Positions 9,395-20,470 of a DNA stretch of 57,927 bases are shown here, in pieces. The stretch's first letter is position 1. Each line of letters opens with the position of its first letter. The DNA lies in the NCBI GenBank assembly GCA_014859215.1, contig JACUUS010000002.1:1-57927 (forward strand), read 5' to 3'. The DNA comes from Dehalococcoidia bacterium (GTDB lineage Bacteria; Chloroflexota; Dehalococcoidia; SZUA-161). The notes beneath the pieces are model-generated. The model saw nothing but the letters and a program-made list of their open reading frames with translations, searched no databases and was not told the DNA's origin. Made by a program: the position numbers and the translations under genes.

Positions 9395-10195
9395 GTGAAT
9401 TTCATTGTCTGCGTAAAGGAAATCCCGGATCCGGAAACTCCAGCCGCTGCCTTTGCCATCGACCCTGTAAACATGCGAGCGATACCGGCCAAAGATACGC
9501 CTCCCGTAATCAGCCCGTTTGACGAACAGGCTGTGGAGGCCGCTCTGCGGCTGAAGGACGCTCACGGTGGCAAGGTGACTGTGCTAAGTATGGGAGCGCC
9601 GTCCGCCGAGAAGGTCCTGAAGCATACTCTGTCCATGGGCGCGGACGAGGCTTTCTTGCTCAACGACAGCGCTTTCGACAAGTCGGACAGTAGTTCGACT
9701 GCTTATGTTCTCGCACAGGCGATAAAGAAAATCGGGGCGTACGATCTCATCTTCTGTGGGAGACAGGCAGGTGATTTCGATGCGGGCCAGGTCGGGTCAG
9801 GTATCGCCGAGCTGCTGGGAATTCCCAGCGTAACGGTTGCCAGGAAAATCGAGGTTAACGATGGGAAGGCCCGCGTGGAAAGAGCATTGCCGGACGGTTA
9901 CGAGGTCGTGGAATCACTGATGCCGGCATTGATAACTGTAAGCAACGAATTGGGCGAACCCAGGTATGCCACATTGAAGGGAATTATGGCCGCCGCCAAG
10001 AAGACTGTGCCCGTATGGAATGCACAGGCAATTGAGGGCGATTCGTCCAGGGTCGGCCCCGCCGGCGCACGGACTAAGATGCTCAAGTTATTTATCCCTG
10101 TCAGGGAATCGAAGTGTGAGATAATTGAGGGTGAGAACGAGGAGGACGCGGCTGGGAAACTGGCTCTCAAACTCAGGGAAATCAAGCTCATATAG
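9395..10195 (+). CDS. etfB: electron transfer flavoprotein beta subunit
   Basis: GTG start after GGAGG. MNFIVCVKEIPDPE N-terminus typical of EtfB/FixA. 266 aa. Confidence 0.9.
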   Translation: MNFIVCVKEIPDPETPAAAFAIDPVNMRAIPAKDTPPVISPFDEQAVEAALRLKDAHGGKVTVLSMGAPSAEKVLKHTLSMGADEAFLLNDSAFDKSDSSSTAYVLAQAIKKIGAYDLIFCGRQAGDFDAGQVGSGIAELLGIPSVTVARKIEVNDGKARVERALPDGYEVVESLMPALITVSNELGEPRYATLKGIMAAAKKTVPVWNAQAIEGDSSRVGPAGARTKMLKLFIPVRESKCEIIEGENEEDAAGKLALKLREIKLI

Positions 10196-10224
10196 GGGCA
10201 CCAAGCATTTTAGGAGGAATTTAG

Positions 10225-11223
10225 ATGAGCAATCACAAAGGCGTCATGATATGCGGGGAGCTTGCGGAAAGCGCCCTGGCTTCGATTACCTCCGAGTTGC
10301 TGGGAGCAGGAAGAAAGCTCGCTGATGCTCTCGGTGAAGAACTATCCGCGGTAATCATCGGCGGCAAAGTCTCGCAATTCGGCGACGAGATCATTAAGCA
10401 GGGTGCCGACAAGGTCTACGTAATAGAAGGCGCTCTTTTTGAGAACTATGTAAATGAGCCATATGTCGCGGCGATGGAAAAACTGTGTAAACAGGCCATG
10501 CCTGCCGTCGTGCTAATGGGTCAGACTTCTGCGGGCAGGGATCTGGCTCCAAGTCTGGCTTTCAGGCTCAATACCGGGCTCACAACCGATTGCCTGGAAC
10601 TGAGCATCGATCCAGAGACAAAGAATATGCTGCAGACCAAGCCTGTATACGGGGGTAACGCGCTTTCGGTGTACGCTACCGAATCGCGACCTCAGATCGC
10701 TACGGTGAGGCCCAAATGCATGTCGCCGCTGGAGCCGGATGCATCCAGGAAGGGCGAAGTGGTCAGTTTCGATCCGGGACTCGATCCTTCTGTGCCGAGG
10801 GTGAAATTTGTTCAAAAAGTCAAGGAAGAAGTGGAAGGGATCAAGCTCGAGGATGCCGAGGTAGTCGTCTGCGGCGGAAGAGGACTGGGCGGACCCGAAA
10901 ACTTTGCCGCGCTACAGGAACTGGCGAAGCTGCTCAATGGGGCAGTAGGCGCAACGCGTCCTCCGTGCGATTCAGGTTGGCTGCCCGCCACTTCACAGGT
11001 AGGTCTAACGGGCAAGCTGGTTACGCCGACTCTCTACATAGGCATTGCGCTGTCGGGAGCGAGTCAGCATCTGGCCGGGTGCTCAGGCTCGAAAAACATG
11101 GTTGCGATCAATAAGGATCCGGATGCCAACATATTCAAGGTGTGCCAGTACGGCATAGTGGGGGATTTCAAGAAGGTGCTGCCGCCCTTTATAGCCAAGG
11201 TAAAAGAGCTGGTCGCCAAATAA
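10225..11223 (+). CDS. etfA: electron transfer flavoprotein alpha subunit
   Basis: C-terminal FAD domain (LYIGIALSGASQHLAGCSGSKNMVAINKDPDANIF). 332 aa. Confidence 0.9.
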   Translation: MSNHKGVMICGELAESALASITSELLGAGRKLADALGEELSAVIIGGKVSQFGDEIIKQGADKVYVIEGALFENYVNEPYVAAMEKLCKQAMPAVVLMGQTSAGRDLAPSLAFRLNTGLTTDCLELSIDPETKNMLQTKPVYGGNALSVYATESRPQIATVRPKCMSPLEPDASRKGEVVSFDPGLDPSVPRVKFVQKVKEEVEGIKLEDAEVVVCGGRGLGGPENFAALQELAKLLNGAVGATRPPCDSGWLPATSQVGLTGKLVTPTLYIGIALSGASQHLAGCSGSKNMVAINKDPDANIFKVCQYGIVGDFKKVLPPFIAKVKELVAK

Positions 11224-11260
11224 GCATATCGCACACTGGGCTGTGCACTGGTTGGAAGAC

Positions 11261-11302
11261 AAAGACTCTGCAAAGCTGCTGCGTCAGCTGCGCAGAGTCT
11301 TT
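11261..11302. terminator. convergent-gene hairpin (11-bp outer stem plus inner 5-bp stem)
   Basis: AAAGACTCTGC (11261..11271) pairs with GCAGAGTCTTT (11292..11302). Inner stem AGCTG/CAGCT. The hairpin overlaps the stop of the minus-strand gene. Confidence 0.5.
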
Positions 11303-11757
11303 ATCTTGTGGCGGGTTCCCCGCGAACTCACGCCGGCAATCTGGAAACCGGAAACATCCGGCGAAGTGGTCAGGTACTTCTGAAGAATGCGACCCAGGGG
11401 CTGGGCAACAAGTACACCCGCAAGCGTGGCCATGAAGACATTGGGGAGCCGGTGTGCCCGGTTCTTGCCCTTTATAGCCATCACCGCGCCAAGGCCGGCC
11501 AGGAGGGCGGTGGTGACCAGGTTAGTGCCGCACATAGGCGACACAGCAAGTTCATGCTCACCGCTCTTCAGTCTAGCCAGTGCTTCGCTGGCTGCCTCCG
11601 AAATCGTCTCGGGATCGGCCTGGCCGTATACGTAGAATCCGTCTGTGCCTGCCATGCCCACGAGCCTGGTCCCGGGTTTCAGCTTCCGCATCAGGACCGC
11701 AACCGTTGCATGCTCGATTGCGTGATTACGTCGTATAGCCTGTAAAATACTCATCAC
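11284..11757 (-). CDS. conserved-looking hypothetical protein with an HxxEH motif
   Basis: 157 aa. IRRNHAIEHATVAVL near the N-terminus, SPMCGTN, and one hydrophobic stretch. I cannot name a family with confidence. Confidence 0.5.
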   Translation of the reverse strand: MMSILQAIRRNHAIEHATVAVLMRKLKPGTRLVGMAGTDGFYVYGQADPETISEAASEALARLKSGEHELAVSPMCGTNLVTTALLAGLGAVMAIKGKNRAHRLPNVFMATLAGVLVAQPLGRILQKYLTTSPDVSGFQIAGVSSRGTRHKIKTLRS

Positions 11758-11797
11758 ACCACCAGTCTAGCACGAAATATGGAATTCCGGTACAGAT

Positions 11798-12418
11798 TCA
11801 TTGGGAGTCCGGGGGAGAATTCGCGCGATGTCCGGAATAGTACCAGGTACGTCTCAAACCGAAAAGAGCCGCTATCAGAAGTCCGGCTCCGGCAATTGCC
11901 GCGCCCCACCAGCCGATAGTAGTCAGGCTGGTCACTATGATGCCCGCTATGAATACGCCGAGCATGATCGCCGGAAGCGCTCGCCAGAACTTCAGGCCCA
12001 GGAGGAAAGCTATTATGGAGCCGGTCCAGGCCCCCGTGATTGGCAGAGGAATCGCGACGAAGATGATAAGGCCAAGCGTTCCATATTTCTCGACAAGGCC
12101 CCCCCTGCGTCTCGATACCTCGAAAATCCAGTTTATGAGAGTTCTCAGGATTCCCACCCTGCTCAGTATCCTGGAAACAGGATCCAGAAAAAGCAGCAAG
12201 AATGGTACGGGCAGAAGGTTCCCCGCGAATGCGATCAAGAAGACGAGCGGCCAGGAGACATTATGTTCGAGTATGCCGAGCGGAATAGCACCGCGCAATT
12301 CAGCAACTGGCAGCGCCGCGGTAAGGAATATCGACAGGAAGACTGCAACTGTCATGAGCGCCGCCCAATAGATGTGTGCAAGCAGGGGTGATTTGAGTAT
12401 AGCACAGTGACGATTCAA
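11798..12418 (-). CDS. small multidrug-export-like (COG2426-type) membrane protein
   Basis: AELRGAIPLG motif and multiple TM segments. The track start is TTG 12418. ATG 12355 (MTVAVFL...) is more likely, because a divergent promoter occupies 12414..12442. Confidence 0.6.
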   Translation of the reverse strand: MNRHCAILKSPLLAHIYWAALMTVAVFLSIFLTAALPVAELRGAIPLGILEHNVSWPLVFLIAFAGNLLPVPFLLLFLDPVSRILSRVGILRTLINWIFEVSRRRGGLVEKYGTLGLIIFVAIPLPITGAWTGSIIAFLLGLKFWRALPAIMLGVFIAGIIVTSLTTIGWWGAAIAGAGLLIAALFGLRRTWYYSGHRANSPPDSQ

Positions 12419-12442
12419 AGCATAGGGAGTGTATGCTATAAT
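12414..12442 (+). promoter_or_regulatory. promoter TTCAAA-N17-TATAAT, only 8 nt before the ATG of the M50 protease
   Basis: Perfect -10 box at 12437..12442, ATG at 12451, and no SD in between. Confidence 0.45.
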
Positions 12443-12450
12443 AGGTTCGC

Positions 12451-13146
12451 ATGCTCCTCAGGTTTTTTGGTTTGCTCTTGGAAGACCCTGCCCTCTTCTT
12501 CCTGCTGGTGGGTGTCGTAAGTGTGGCGCTGCTGGTGGCGATAACGGTGCATGAATTCGGCCATGCTCTTACCGCCAATACGCTGGGGGACCCTACACCC
12601 AGGTCGATGGGAAGGCTGACTCTTAATCCGATAAGGCACCTTGACCGTTTTGGGACCATCATGATCCTGCTGGTTGGCTTTGGTTGGGGCAAGCCGGTCC
12701 CGGTGAACTACCATATGCTGGGAAGAGACCCAAGGCGGGGTATGGCGCTCGTCGCTTTAGCGGGCGCGTTCTTCAATATTCTAATCGCTTCAGTGGCCGG
12801 TCTCTTTGTCAGACTGGGCGTCGTAGGCTGGCAATCGCCCTTCTATATCCCGGCGAGCAACTGGACTCCCGACCTGGGGATAGCGGTGCTTGTGAGTTTC
12901 ATAATCTTCTTCAACATCATCCTGGCTGTATTCAATCTGATTCCGATAGCTCCCCTGGACGGCTTCAAGGTGGCAGTTGGTCTATTACCCAGGAGGCAAG
13001 CTGCCGGGCTGGCGCAACTGGAACAGTTTGGCCCGATTATACTTATAGCCTTCCTGTTCTTCGGATACTACACGGGGCTGCTGTTTGACGTGCTGATCCG
13101 GCCCGCTGAGGCATTGTCGCGTCTTTTGACGGGATATTCCTTCTGA
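12451..13146 (+). CDS. M50 site-2 protease family protein
   Basis: HEFGHAL (HExxH) in a TM helix, plus NLIPIAPLDG (NxxPxxxLDG). Confidence 0.85.
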   Translation: MLLRFFGLLLEDPALFFLLVGVVSVALLVAITVHEFGHALTANTLGDPTPRSMGRLTLNPIRHLDRFGTIMILLVGFGWGKPVPVNYHMLGRDPRRGMALVALAGAFFNILIASVAGLFVRLGVVGWQSPFYIPASNWTPDLGIAVLVSFIIFFNIILAVFNLIPIAPLDGFKVAVGLLPRRQAAGLAQLEQFGPIILIAFLFFGYYTGLLFDVLIRPAEALSRLLTGYSF

Positions 13147-13156
13147 TGGGAGATTA

Positions 13157-14017
13157 ATGAGAATTACCATTGTCGGGCTAGGCCTGCTTGGTGGATCAAT
13201 GGCGTTAGCGCTTAAGAAGTCCGCCCCTGCCGGGTCAACCATTCTTGGATTCAGCCGGCGAGAGGAAACGCTGGAGAAGGCGAAGGAACGCGGTGCAGTC
13301 GATGCGGTAGCTCGTGACCTTGCCAGCGCCGTGAAGGAAGCGGACCTGGTAATGATCGCGACCCCTGTCTTGACAAGCCTGAAGATCATCCGCGAGATGT
13401 CATCTTCTGTACGTGAGGGATGCCTGGTCACGGATATGGGAAGCACGAAGCTGGATGTGGTGAAATGCGCAGGAGAGAGTCTTCCCCCCGGCGTGGATTT
13501 CATCGGCGGGCACCCCATGGCCGGGAAGGAGACTTCGGGCATAGATGAGGCAGATGAAGACCTATTTCGGGGTTGCGTGTACTGTCTTTGCCCCCTGGTG
13601 GGCGTGAGACCCGCCTCGGTCGAGATTCTTGAGAATAAGGTACGATCCGTCGGCGCACGACCGCTGGTCATGGAGCCGGAGAAGCATGACCACCTGGTAG
13701 CGAGTGTCAGTCACCTGCCGATGCTGCTCTCGGCGGCGCTCGTATCGACTACAATGGGGAATCCGGGCTGGCCGGATATGGCCAGGCTGGCGGCAGGCGG
13801 CTACCGCGACGTATCAAGGCTGGCATCGGGCAATCCGGAAATGAATCGCGACATATTCTTAACGAATCGGAGTGAGACTATCTTCTGGCTCGACATACTC
13901 ATTGAGAAGCTGCAAGAGTACAGGCGGCTTGTTGCCGGCGGCGCGGATGAATTAACAAGGGCCCTGTCCTGGGCGCGACAGGCCAGGGAAGGGTGGATGC
14001 GAGGGGAAGAGCGTTGA
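13157..14017 (+). CDS. tyrA: prephenate dehydrogenase
   Basis: ITIVGLGLLGGSMALAL Rossmann fold and GGHPMAG catalytic region. Confidence 0.85.
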   Translation: MRITIVGLGLLGGSMALALKKSAPAGSTILGFSRREETLEKAKERGAVDAVARDLASAVKEADLVMIATPVLTSLKIIREMSSSVREGCLVTDMGSTKLDVVKCAGESLPPGVDFIGGHPMAGKETSGIDEADEDLFRGCVYCLCPLVGVRPASVEILENKVRSVGARPLVMEPEKHDHLVASVSHLPMLLSAALVSTTMGNPGWPDMARLAAGGYRDVSRLASGNPEMNRDIFLTNRSETIFWLDILIEKLQEYRRLVAGGADELTRALSWARQAREGWMRGEER

Positions 14018-15303
14018 AGGTGACAGTGAGAGCCGTACCGGCTCTTAGTGGGGAGATCAGGCCTCCGGGCGACAAGTCGATCTCACATCGCGCCGCTATT
14101 CTCAGCTCAATCGGCCGGGGGCAGGCTCGTCTGAGGAATTTCTCCGAAGCCGCAGATTGCGCCGCCACCGTTGAATGCCTGCGATGTCTGGGCGTAGACA
14201 TCGAGCAAATAGAGAATGGCGAACTGGCTATTAACGGCGCAGGCAGGGAAGGCCTTCGTGAACCGGAAGAAACTCTGGACGCACGAAACAGCGGCAGCAC
14301 GATGCGAATGCTGGCAGGCCTCCTCGCCGGCCAGCCTTTCTTATCCATCATCACCGGGGACTCCTCGCTGAGGATGCGCCCCATGGAACGGATTATCCGA
14401 CCGCTTTCGTTGATGGGTGCGCACTTCCTGGCGCGGGGGGACGGTTCCCGGGCACCGCTGGCAATCAGGGGTGGAAGCTTGAAAGGTATAAGCTATGAGT
14501 TGCCGGTTGCCAGTGCCCAGGTGAAGACCGCGATAATGCTGGCCGCGCTGTTTGCGGAAGGCGAGACTATAATCAGGGAGCCTGTGGCGTCCCGGGATCA
14601 CACGGAGCGGCTGCTCGGGTCGATGGGCGCCCGAATAAAGGCCGGTAGAGGGCTGATAAGGCTGGAGGCCGGTAACCTTTCAGCATTGGACCTGGAAATA
14701 CCCGGAGATATCAGTTCCGCCGCGGCATGGCTGGTCGCAGGAGCAATTCATCCGCAGGCCAGGTTCAGAGCAATCGGAACGGGGATTAACCCGGGCAGAA
14801 CAGGTATAATCAGTGTTATGGAGGAAATGGGCGCGCGCATTGTTGTGCGGAATGAGCGAGTGGTCGGGGGCGAGCCGGTGGCCGATATCGAAACAAGCTC
14901 GAGTTCTCTGGAAGGTGTGGAGATCAGCGGGGATCGCGTGCCTGCTCTTATAGATGAGATTCCTTTGATCGCCCTGGCGGCCTGCTATGCTCGTGGCAGA
15001 ACCGTAATCAAAGATGCGCAGGAACTGCGGTTCAAGGAAACGGATCGAATAAGTGCTACAGCCGAGGAGTTGACCAAATTGGGGGGTGACGTCGCTGAAC
15101 TTCGTGACGGATTGATCATTAACGGGACAACGAAATTGCACGGCGCTTTCTGTGACAGCCATGGTGATCATCGTATAGCGATGATGGCTGCAGTTGCAGG
15201 GCTTGTCGCTGAAGGACAGACCGAGGTTAACAATGCGGAAGTAGCCGGCATTTCTTATCCTGGCTTCTGGGATGAAGTGAGAAGATATCAACTGTGCGAT
15301 TGA
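13993..15303 (+). CDS. aroA: 3-phosphoshikimate 1-carboxyvinyltransferase (EPSP synthase)
   Basis: PGDKSISHRA and NSGSTMR motifs. The real start may be TTG 14014, which overlaps the tyrA TGA as TTGA. Confidence 0.92.
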   Translation: MDARGRALKVTVRAVPALSGEIRPPGDKSISHRAAILSSIGRGQARLRNFSEAADCAATVECLRCLGVDIEQIENGELAINGAGREGLREPEETLDARNSGSTMRMLAGLLAGQPFLSIITGDSSLRMRPMERIIRPLSLMGAHFLARGDGSRAPLAIRGGSLKGISYELPVASAQVKTAIMLAALFAEGETIIREPVASRDHTERLLGSMGARIKAGRGLIRLEAGNLSALDLEIPGDISSAAAWLVAGAIHPQARFRAIGTGINPGRTGIISVMEEMGARIVVRNERVVGGEPVADIETSSSSLEGVEISGDRVPALIDEIPLIALAACYARGRTVIKDAQELRFKETDRISATAEELTKLGGDVAELRDGLIINGTTKLHGAFCDSHGDHRIAMMAAVAGLVAEGQTEVNNAEVAGISYPGFWDEVRRYQLCD

Positions 15304-15321
15304 AAAGTTTCGAGGAGACCA

Positions 15322-15591
15322 GTGGTGAGTACCGAGCTAATTCATGTGGGATTTGGGAATTTCGTATCGATGAACAAAGTTCTGGCGATCGCGTCGCCGG
15401 AATCAGCGCCGATCAAGCGGATGGTGCAGGCTGTCAAAAGCAAGGGTCTGCTTGTGGACTTGACAAGCGGACGCAAGACCAAAGCAGCACTGGTGATGGA
15501 AGGAGGGCACATAGCCCTGGTGGCGATTGCGCCGGAAACCATAGCTGGCAGGCTTGCATCCAGTCGCGAGACAGAGTCACCAAGAGCGTGA
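15322..15591 (+). CDS. remA: RemA/DUF370-family regulator
   Basis: GTG start. ELIHVGFGNFVSMNKVLAI..PIKR..GLLVDLTSGRKTKA matches my recollection of RemA. Sits directly upstream of gmk, as in Firmicutes. Confidence 0.8.
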   Translation: MVSTELIHVGFGNFVSMNKVLAIASPESAPIKRMVQAVKSKGLLVDLTSGRKTKAALVMEGGHIALVAIAPETIAGRLASSRETESPRA

Positions 15592-16213
15592 ATTCCAGGT
15601 GAAGAAAGATCAATCGTCTGAGAGATCGCCGCTGGTCTTTGTGATTTCCGGGCCTTCGGGAGTCGGCAAGGACGCGGTGATAAGCAGGCTCAGAAGGAGT
15701 GAGTCGGGCATTCACTTCGCTGTGACTGCCACAAGCCGTTCCCGGCGCGGCAAGGAGGTCGACGGGCAGGACTATCATTTCATACCAGGGCCTGACTTTG
15801 AGCGGATGGTTGAAAAGGGTGACTTTCTGGAATGGGCTGAGGTTTACGGGAGCCTGTACGGAGTACCGAAGAGGGAAGTGAAGGAAGCATTGGGCAGGGG
15901 TCTCGACGTACTGATTAAGGTTGATGTTCAGGGAGCAGCGACTCTCAGAAAGGTGCTTCCGGATGCTGTACTTATCTTTGTGGCGCCGTCCTCGGTCAAC
16001 GAGCTGCAGGAACGCCTTAGGAAGCGCAACACGGAAATTGACGATGATTTGGAACGAAGGATAAAGGCTGCCGAACAGGAATTCGAGACCTTGCCGCTGT
16101 TCGACTACGTTGTGGTGAACCGTGAAGGCAGGATTGCCGAGGCAGTTAAAAAGATCAGTGCCATCATCGCCGCCGAGCGGTGCCGCGTGAAGGCCAGAAG
16201 CATTGCCATCTAA
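15554..16213 (+). CDS. gmk: guanylate kinase
   Basis: P-loop ISGPSGVGKD and TTR-like TATSRSRR. The likely start is the in-frame GTG at 15599, just after the remA stop. Confidence 0.9.
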   Translation: MHPVARQSHQEREFQVKKDQSSERSPLVFVISGPSGVGKDAVISRLRRSESGIHFAVTATSRSRRGKEVDGQDYHFIPGPDFERMVEKGDFLEWAEVYGSLYGVPKREVKEALGRGLDVLIKVDVQGAATLRKVLPDAVLIFVAPSSVNELQERLRKRNTEIDDDLERRIKAAEQEFETLPLFDYVVVNREGRIAEAVKKISAIIAAERCRVKARSIAI

Positions 16214-17711
16214 GAAAGATTCCGACGGGGTAGAAAGGGAACTACCACACCGCAAGCCCGGAGATCGGCTGCTTCGAATGAGGCGGGGGGCGCCGCGCCA
16301 TCTTCGGCGGGTGCTGGGCGTGCCGGCGCTTTACAGTGCCGGGTATGGGAACGTCGGCTCCTCGATTTACTATGCTCTGGGTATTGTAGTGCTGGTCGCC
16401 CTCGGGGCGGCGCCCATTGCGCTATTCGCAGCAGGCATTCTGTTCGTATTCACGGCGCTTACCTATTCCGAAGGCGCCACGATGTACCCCGAAGCAGGAG
16501 GGTCCGCCAGCTTTGCGCGTCACGGCTTCAATGAGCATGTGGGCTTCGTTGCCGGGTGGGCTCTTCTCCTCAGCTACATAGTCACGATATCAATATCAGC
16601 CTTCACGATATCTCCATACCTTGGTTTCTTCTGGGAGCCTTTGAAGACCGATCCCATGCTTGGCACTGTCGTCTCGATCGGTATTGTCCTGTTCCTCATG
16701 ATTATCAATATCATTGGGGTTCGGGAAACGGCTTTTGTGAACATCGGAGCGGCGGTCCTGGACGTCCTTGTGCAGGTACTGATTATCACTATCGGCGTGA
16801 TTCTGATCCTGAGCCCCGGAGTGATCGCATTCAGTATAAGCAATTTGCTCGGGAACATGTTCGGTGAGGGCAATTTCCCCGCTCTAGGGAATCTGGTTTT
16901 CGGTATCGCGCTCGCTGCGCTCGCTTATACGGGGGTTGAAACGGTGTCCCAGATGTCGGAAGAAACGCGGCTGCCTCAAATCCGGGTCCCCAGGGCAATG
17001 GTGCTCATGATGGGGACAGTCCTCTTTCTGTTCACTGGAATTTCTCTGGTGGGCCTTTCAGCACTGAGTCCGCATACGCTTGCGACTGAGTGGGCTCGCG
17101 ACCCGGTGGCGGGCATTGCCAGTGCTTTCCCGTATGAGGTGCTGAGAAATATCTTCGAACCCCTTGTGGCAATACTAGCGGCTACCATACTGCTAATAGC
17201 TACGAATGCGGGGCTCATGGGAGTTTCCCGCCTGGCTTTCTCCATGGGCTCATACAGGCAGTTGCCGTCAATCTTTAATCGGGTACACAGACGCTTCCGG
17301 ACACCCTATGTGGCCATCATCGTCTTCACCGGGGTCGCTATCCTGATCCTGGTCCCGGGTCTGCTGACTGGCGACATTGTCTCTATATTCGCAAATCTGG
17401 GTGGCCTGTATACTTTCGGCTCTCTGCTTTCCTTCGCTTTCGCACATGCGGCGATTATCGCCCTCCGAATCAAGAGGCCCGACCTGAAAAGGCCTTTCAG
17501 GCTGCGACTGAACATCACCATCCGGGGCCGTGATATTCCTGTGACCGCACTAATTGGATTCGCTGCCACAGTTGCCATCTGGCTTGTGATAGTCGTGGAG
17601 CAGGAATTCAGCCGCTACGCTGGTTTTGGATGGATGGCGTTCGGCCTCGCGGCCTATATAGGCTGGCGGTGGTGGAGCGAGAACCATCCGCGCGCCGGGG
17701 AAACAAGCTAG
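16203..17711 (+). CDS. APC-superfamily amino acid/polyamine permease
   Basis: About 12 TM segments. N-terminal GNVGSSIYYALG signature. 502 aa. Confidence 0.8.
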   Translation: MPSKKDSDGVERELPHRKPGDRLLRMRRGAPRHLRRVLGVPALYSAGYGNVGSSIYYALGIVVLVALGAAPIALFAAGILFVFTALTYSEGATMYPEAGGSASFARHGFNEHVGFVAGWALLLSYIVTISISAFTISPYLGFFWEPLKTDPMLGTVVSIGIVLFLMIINIIGVRETAFVNIGAAVLDVLVQVLIITIGVILILSPGVIAFSISNLLGNMFGEGNFPALGNLVFGIALAALAYTGVETVSQMSEETRLPQIRVPRAMVLMMGTVLFLFTGISLVGLSALSPHTLATEWARDPVAGIASAFPYEVLRNIFEPLVAILAATILLIATNAGLMGVSRLAFSMGSYRQLPSIFNRVHRRFRTPYVAIIVFTGVAILILVPGLLTGDIVSIFANLGGLYTFGSLLSFAFAHAAIIALRIKRPDLKRPFRLRLNITIRGRDIPVTALIGFAATVAIWLVIVVEQEFSRYAGFGWMAFGLAAYIGWRWWSENHPRAGETS

Positions 17712-17752
17712 CATGGAAGCTTGACTTAAGGTCGAAGGCGTGGACGCCGGGG

Positions 17753-18190
17753 CTACGGCCTCTGGGTCGGGCCGGCGCCCCTTCTCTTGCGGGATTTCTC
17801 CGCCACTTTGAGCCGCAGCAGGGAGCGGATGAGCGCTGCCTGTGCGCGAGCATGGTCTGCTTGCTCGGGAGGCAAAGCTATCCTGGTCTCGGCTCGTTTC
17901 CTGGCCTCTTCTGCACGCGTGACATCGATTTCCTCTGCTCTTTCAGCGGTATCGGCAAGGACAGTGACACGGTCTGCCTGTACTTCCATGAAACCGCCGC
18001 TGACAAACATGCAATCTTCTTCGCCGTTCTTCTTGGTGAGGAGCGGGCCCGGCTGCAACATGGTCATTAATGCAGCATGCTGGGGCAGAATTGCGAGCTC
18101 TCCCTCAATGCCTGGGACTACGACAATATCCACATCGTTCGAGTATACTACTCGTTCGGCGGTAATGATCTCAAGGCTGATTCTTGCCAT
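17753..18190 (-). CDS. atpC: F1 ATP synthase epsilon subunit
   Basis: [13 protein letters not shown]-terminus. Last gene of the atp operon. Confidence 0.9.
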   Translation of the reverse strand: MARISLEIITAERVVYSNDVDIVVVPGIEGELAILPQHAALMTMLQPGPLLTKKNGEEDCMFVSGGFMEVQADRVTVLADTAERAEEIDVTRAEEARKRAETRIALPPEQADHARAQAALIRSLLRLKVAEKSRKRRGAGPTQRP

Positions 18191-18201
18191 CTATCCGCTC
18201 T

Positions 18202-19617
<1,416 letters not shown>

Positions 19618-20466
19618 CTAGGTGACTCCGCCGGCGATGTCGAGGAGCTCCTTTGTAATGAGTTCCTGCCGTGCCTTGTTAAGCATTAGTACCAGTGAAT
19701 CAACCATGTCGTTGGCGGCGTCAGTGGCGTTCCTCATGGCTACCATCCTGGCTGATTGCTCGCTCGCGATTGACTCCAGGATCGCGTGATAGGTCTCCAT
19801 CTCGACGTAGCGAGGAAGCAAGTGCCCCAGGACTTCCTTTGCCGAAGGTTCGTAGATATAGTCCAAGTGCAAGCTCTGGTCAGCCTGCATGGGCTCGATC
19901 GGCAGGAGTTCGCGGACTACGGGCTGCTGCTCCATGGTTGTCACAAAGCGGGTATATGCGAGATAGACCTGGTCGAAAACGCCGGCAATGTAATCATCGA
20001 TGACGATGCGAGAAATGGCGAGAGTATCGATGAGGGCGGGCCGGTCCCCCAGGTGCGTGAACTCAGCGATTATGTTCTGTCCGAGTCTGGCCATGAAGTC
20101 TCTCCCTTTGCGCCCTACAGGCATCACGGCGGCAGGAAGGCCGACCTCGTCCATGAAACTGAGCACCCGGCGGTTCATGTTCGCGTTGAGCCCCCCGCAA
20201 AGGCCACGATCGGCGGTTATATGAATAATGCCGATGTTCTTGGGTTCCCTGCGCACGAGCAGAGGGTGAACTGTATCGCCTGGCTGCGCTTGAGCCGCAA
20301 GGTGAGCGACTACTTCGAGCATCTTGTCGGCGTATGGTCTCGAAGCAAGCACGCGCTGCTGTGCCTGCCTCATTTTCGAGGCGGCGATCATCTCCATCGC
20401 CCGGGTGACTTTTGCCGTATTTTGAATGGAGCGGATGCGGCGCCTTAAAATTCGAATAGGGATCAT
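19618..20466 (-). CDS. atpG: F1 ATP synthase gamma subunit
   Basis: RRRIRSIQNTAKVTRAMEMIAASKM N-terminus. Confidence 0.95.
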   Translation of the reverse strand: MIPIRILRRRIRSIQNTAKVTRAMEMIAASKMRQAQQRVLASRPYADKMLEVVAHLAAQAQPGDTVHPLLVRREPKNIGIIHITADRGLCGGLNANMNRRVLSFMDEVGLPAAVMPVGRKGRDFMARLGQNIIAEFTHLGDRPALIDTLAISRIVIDDYIAGVFDQVYLAYTRFVTTMEQQPVVRELLPIEPMQADQSLHLDYIYEPSAKEVLGHLLPRYVEMETYHAILESIASEQSARMVAMRNATDAANDMVDSLVLMLNKARQELITKELLDIAGGVT

Positions 20467-20470
20467 GTGC

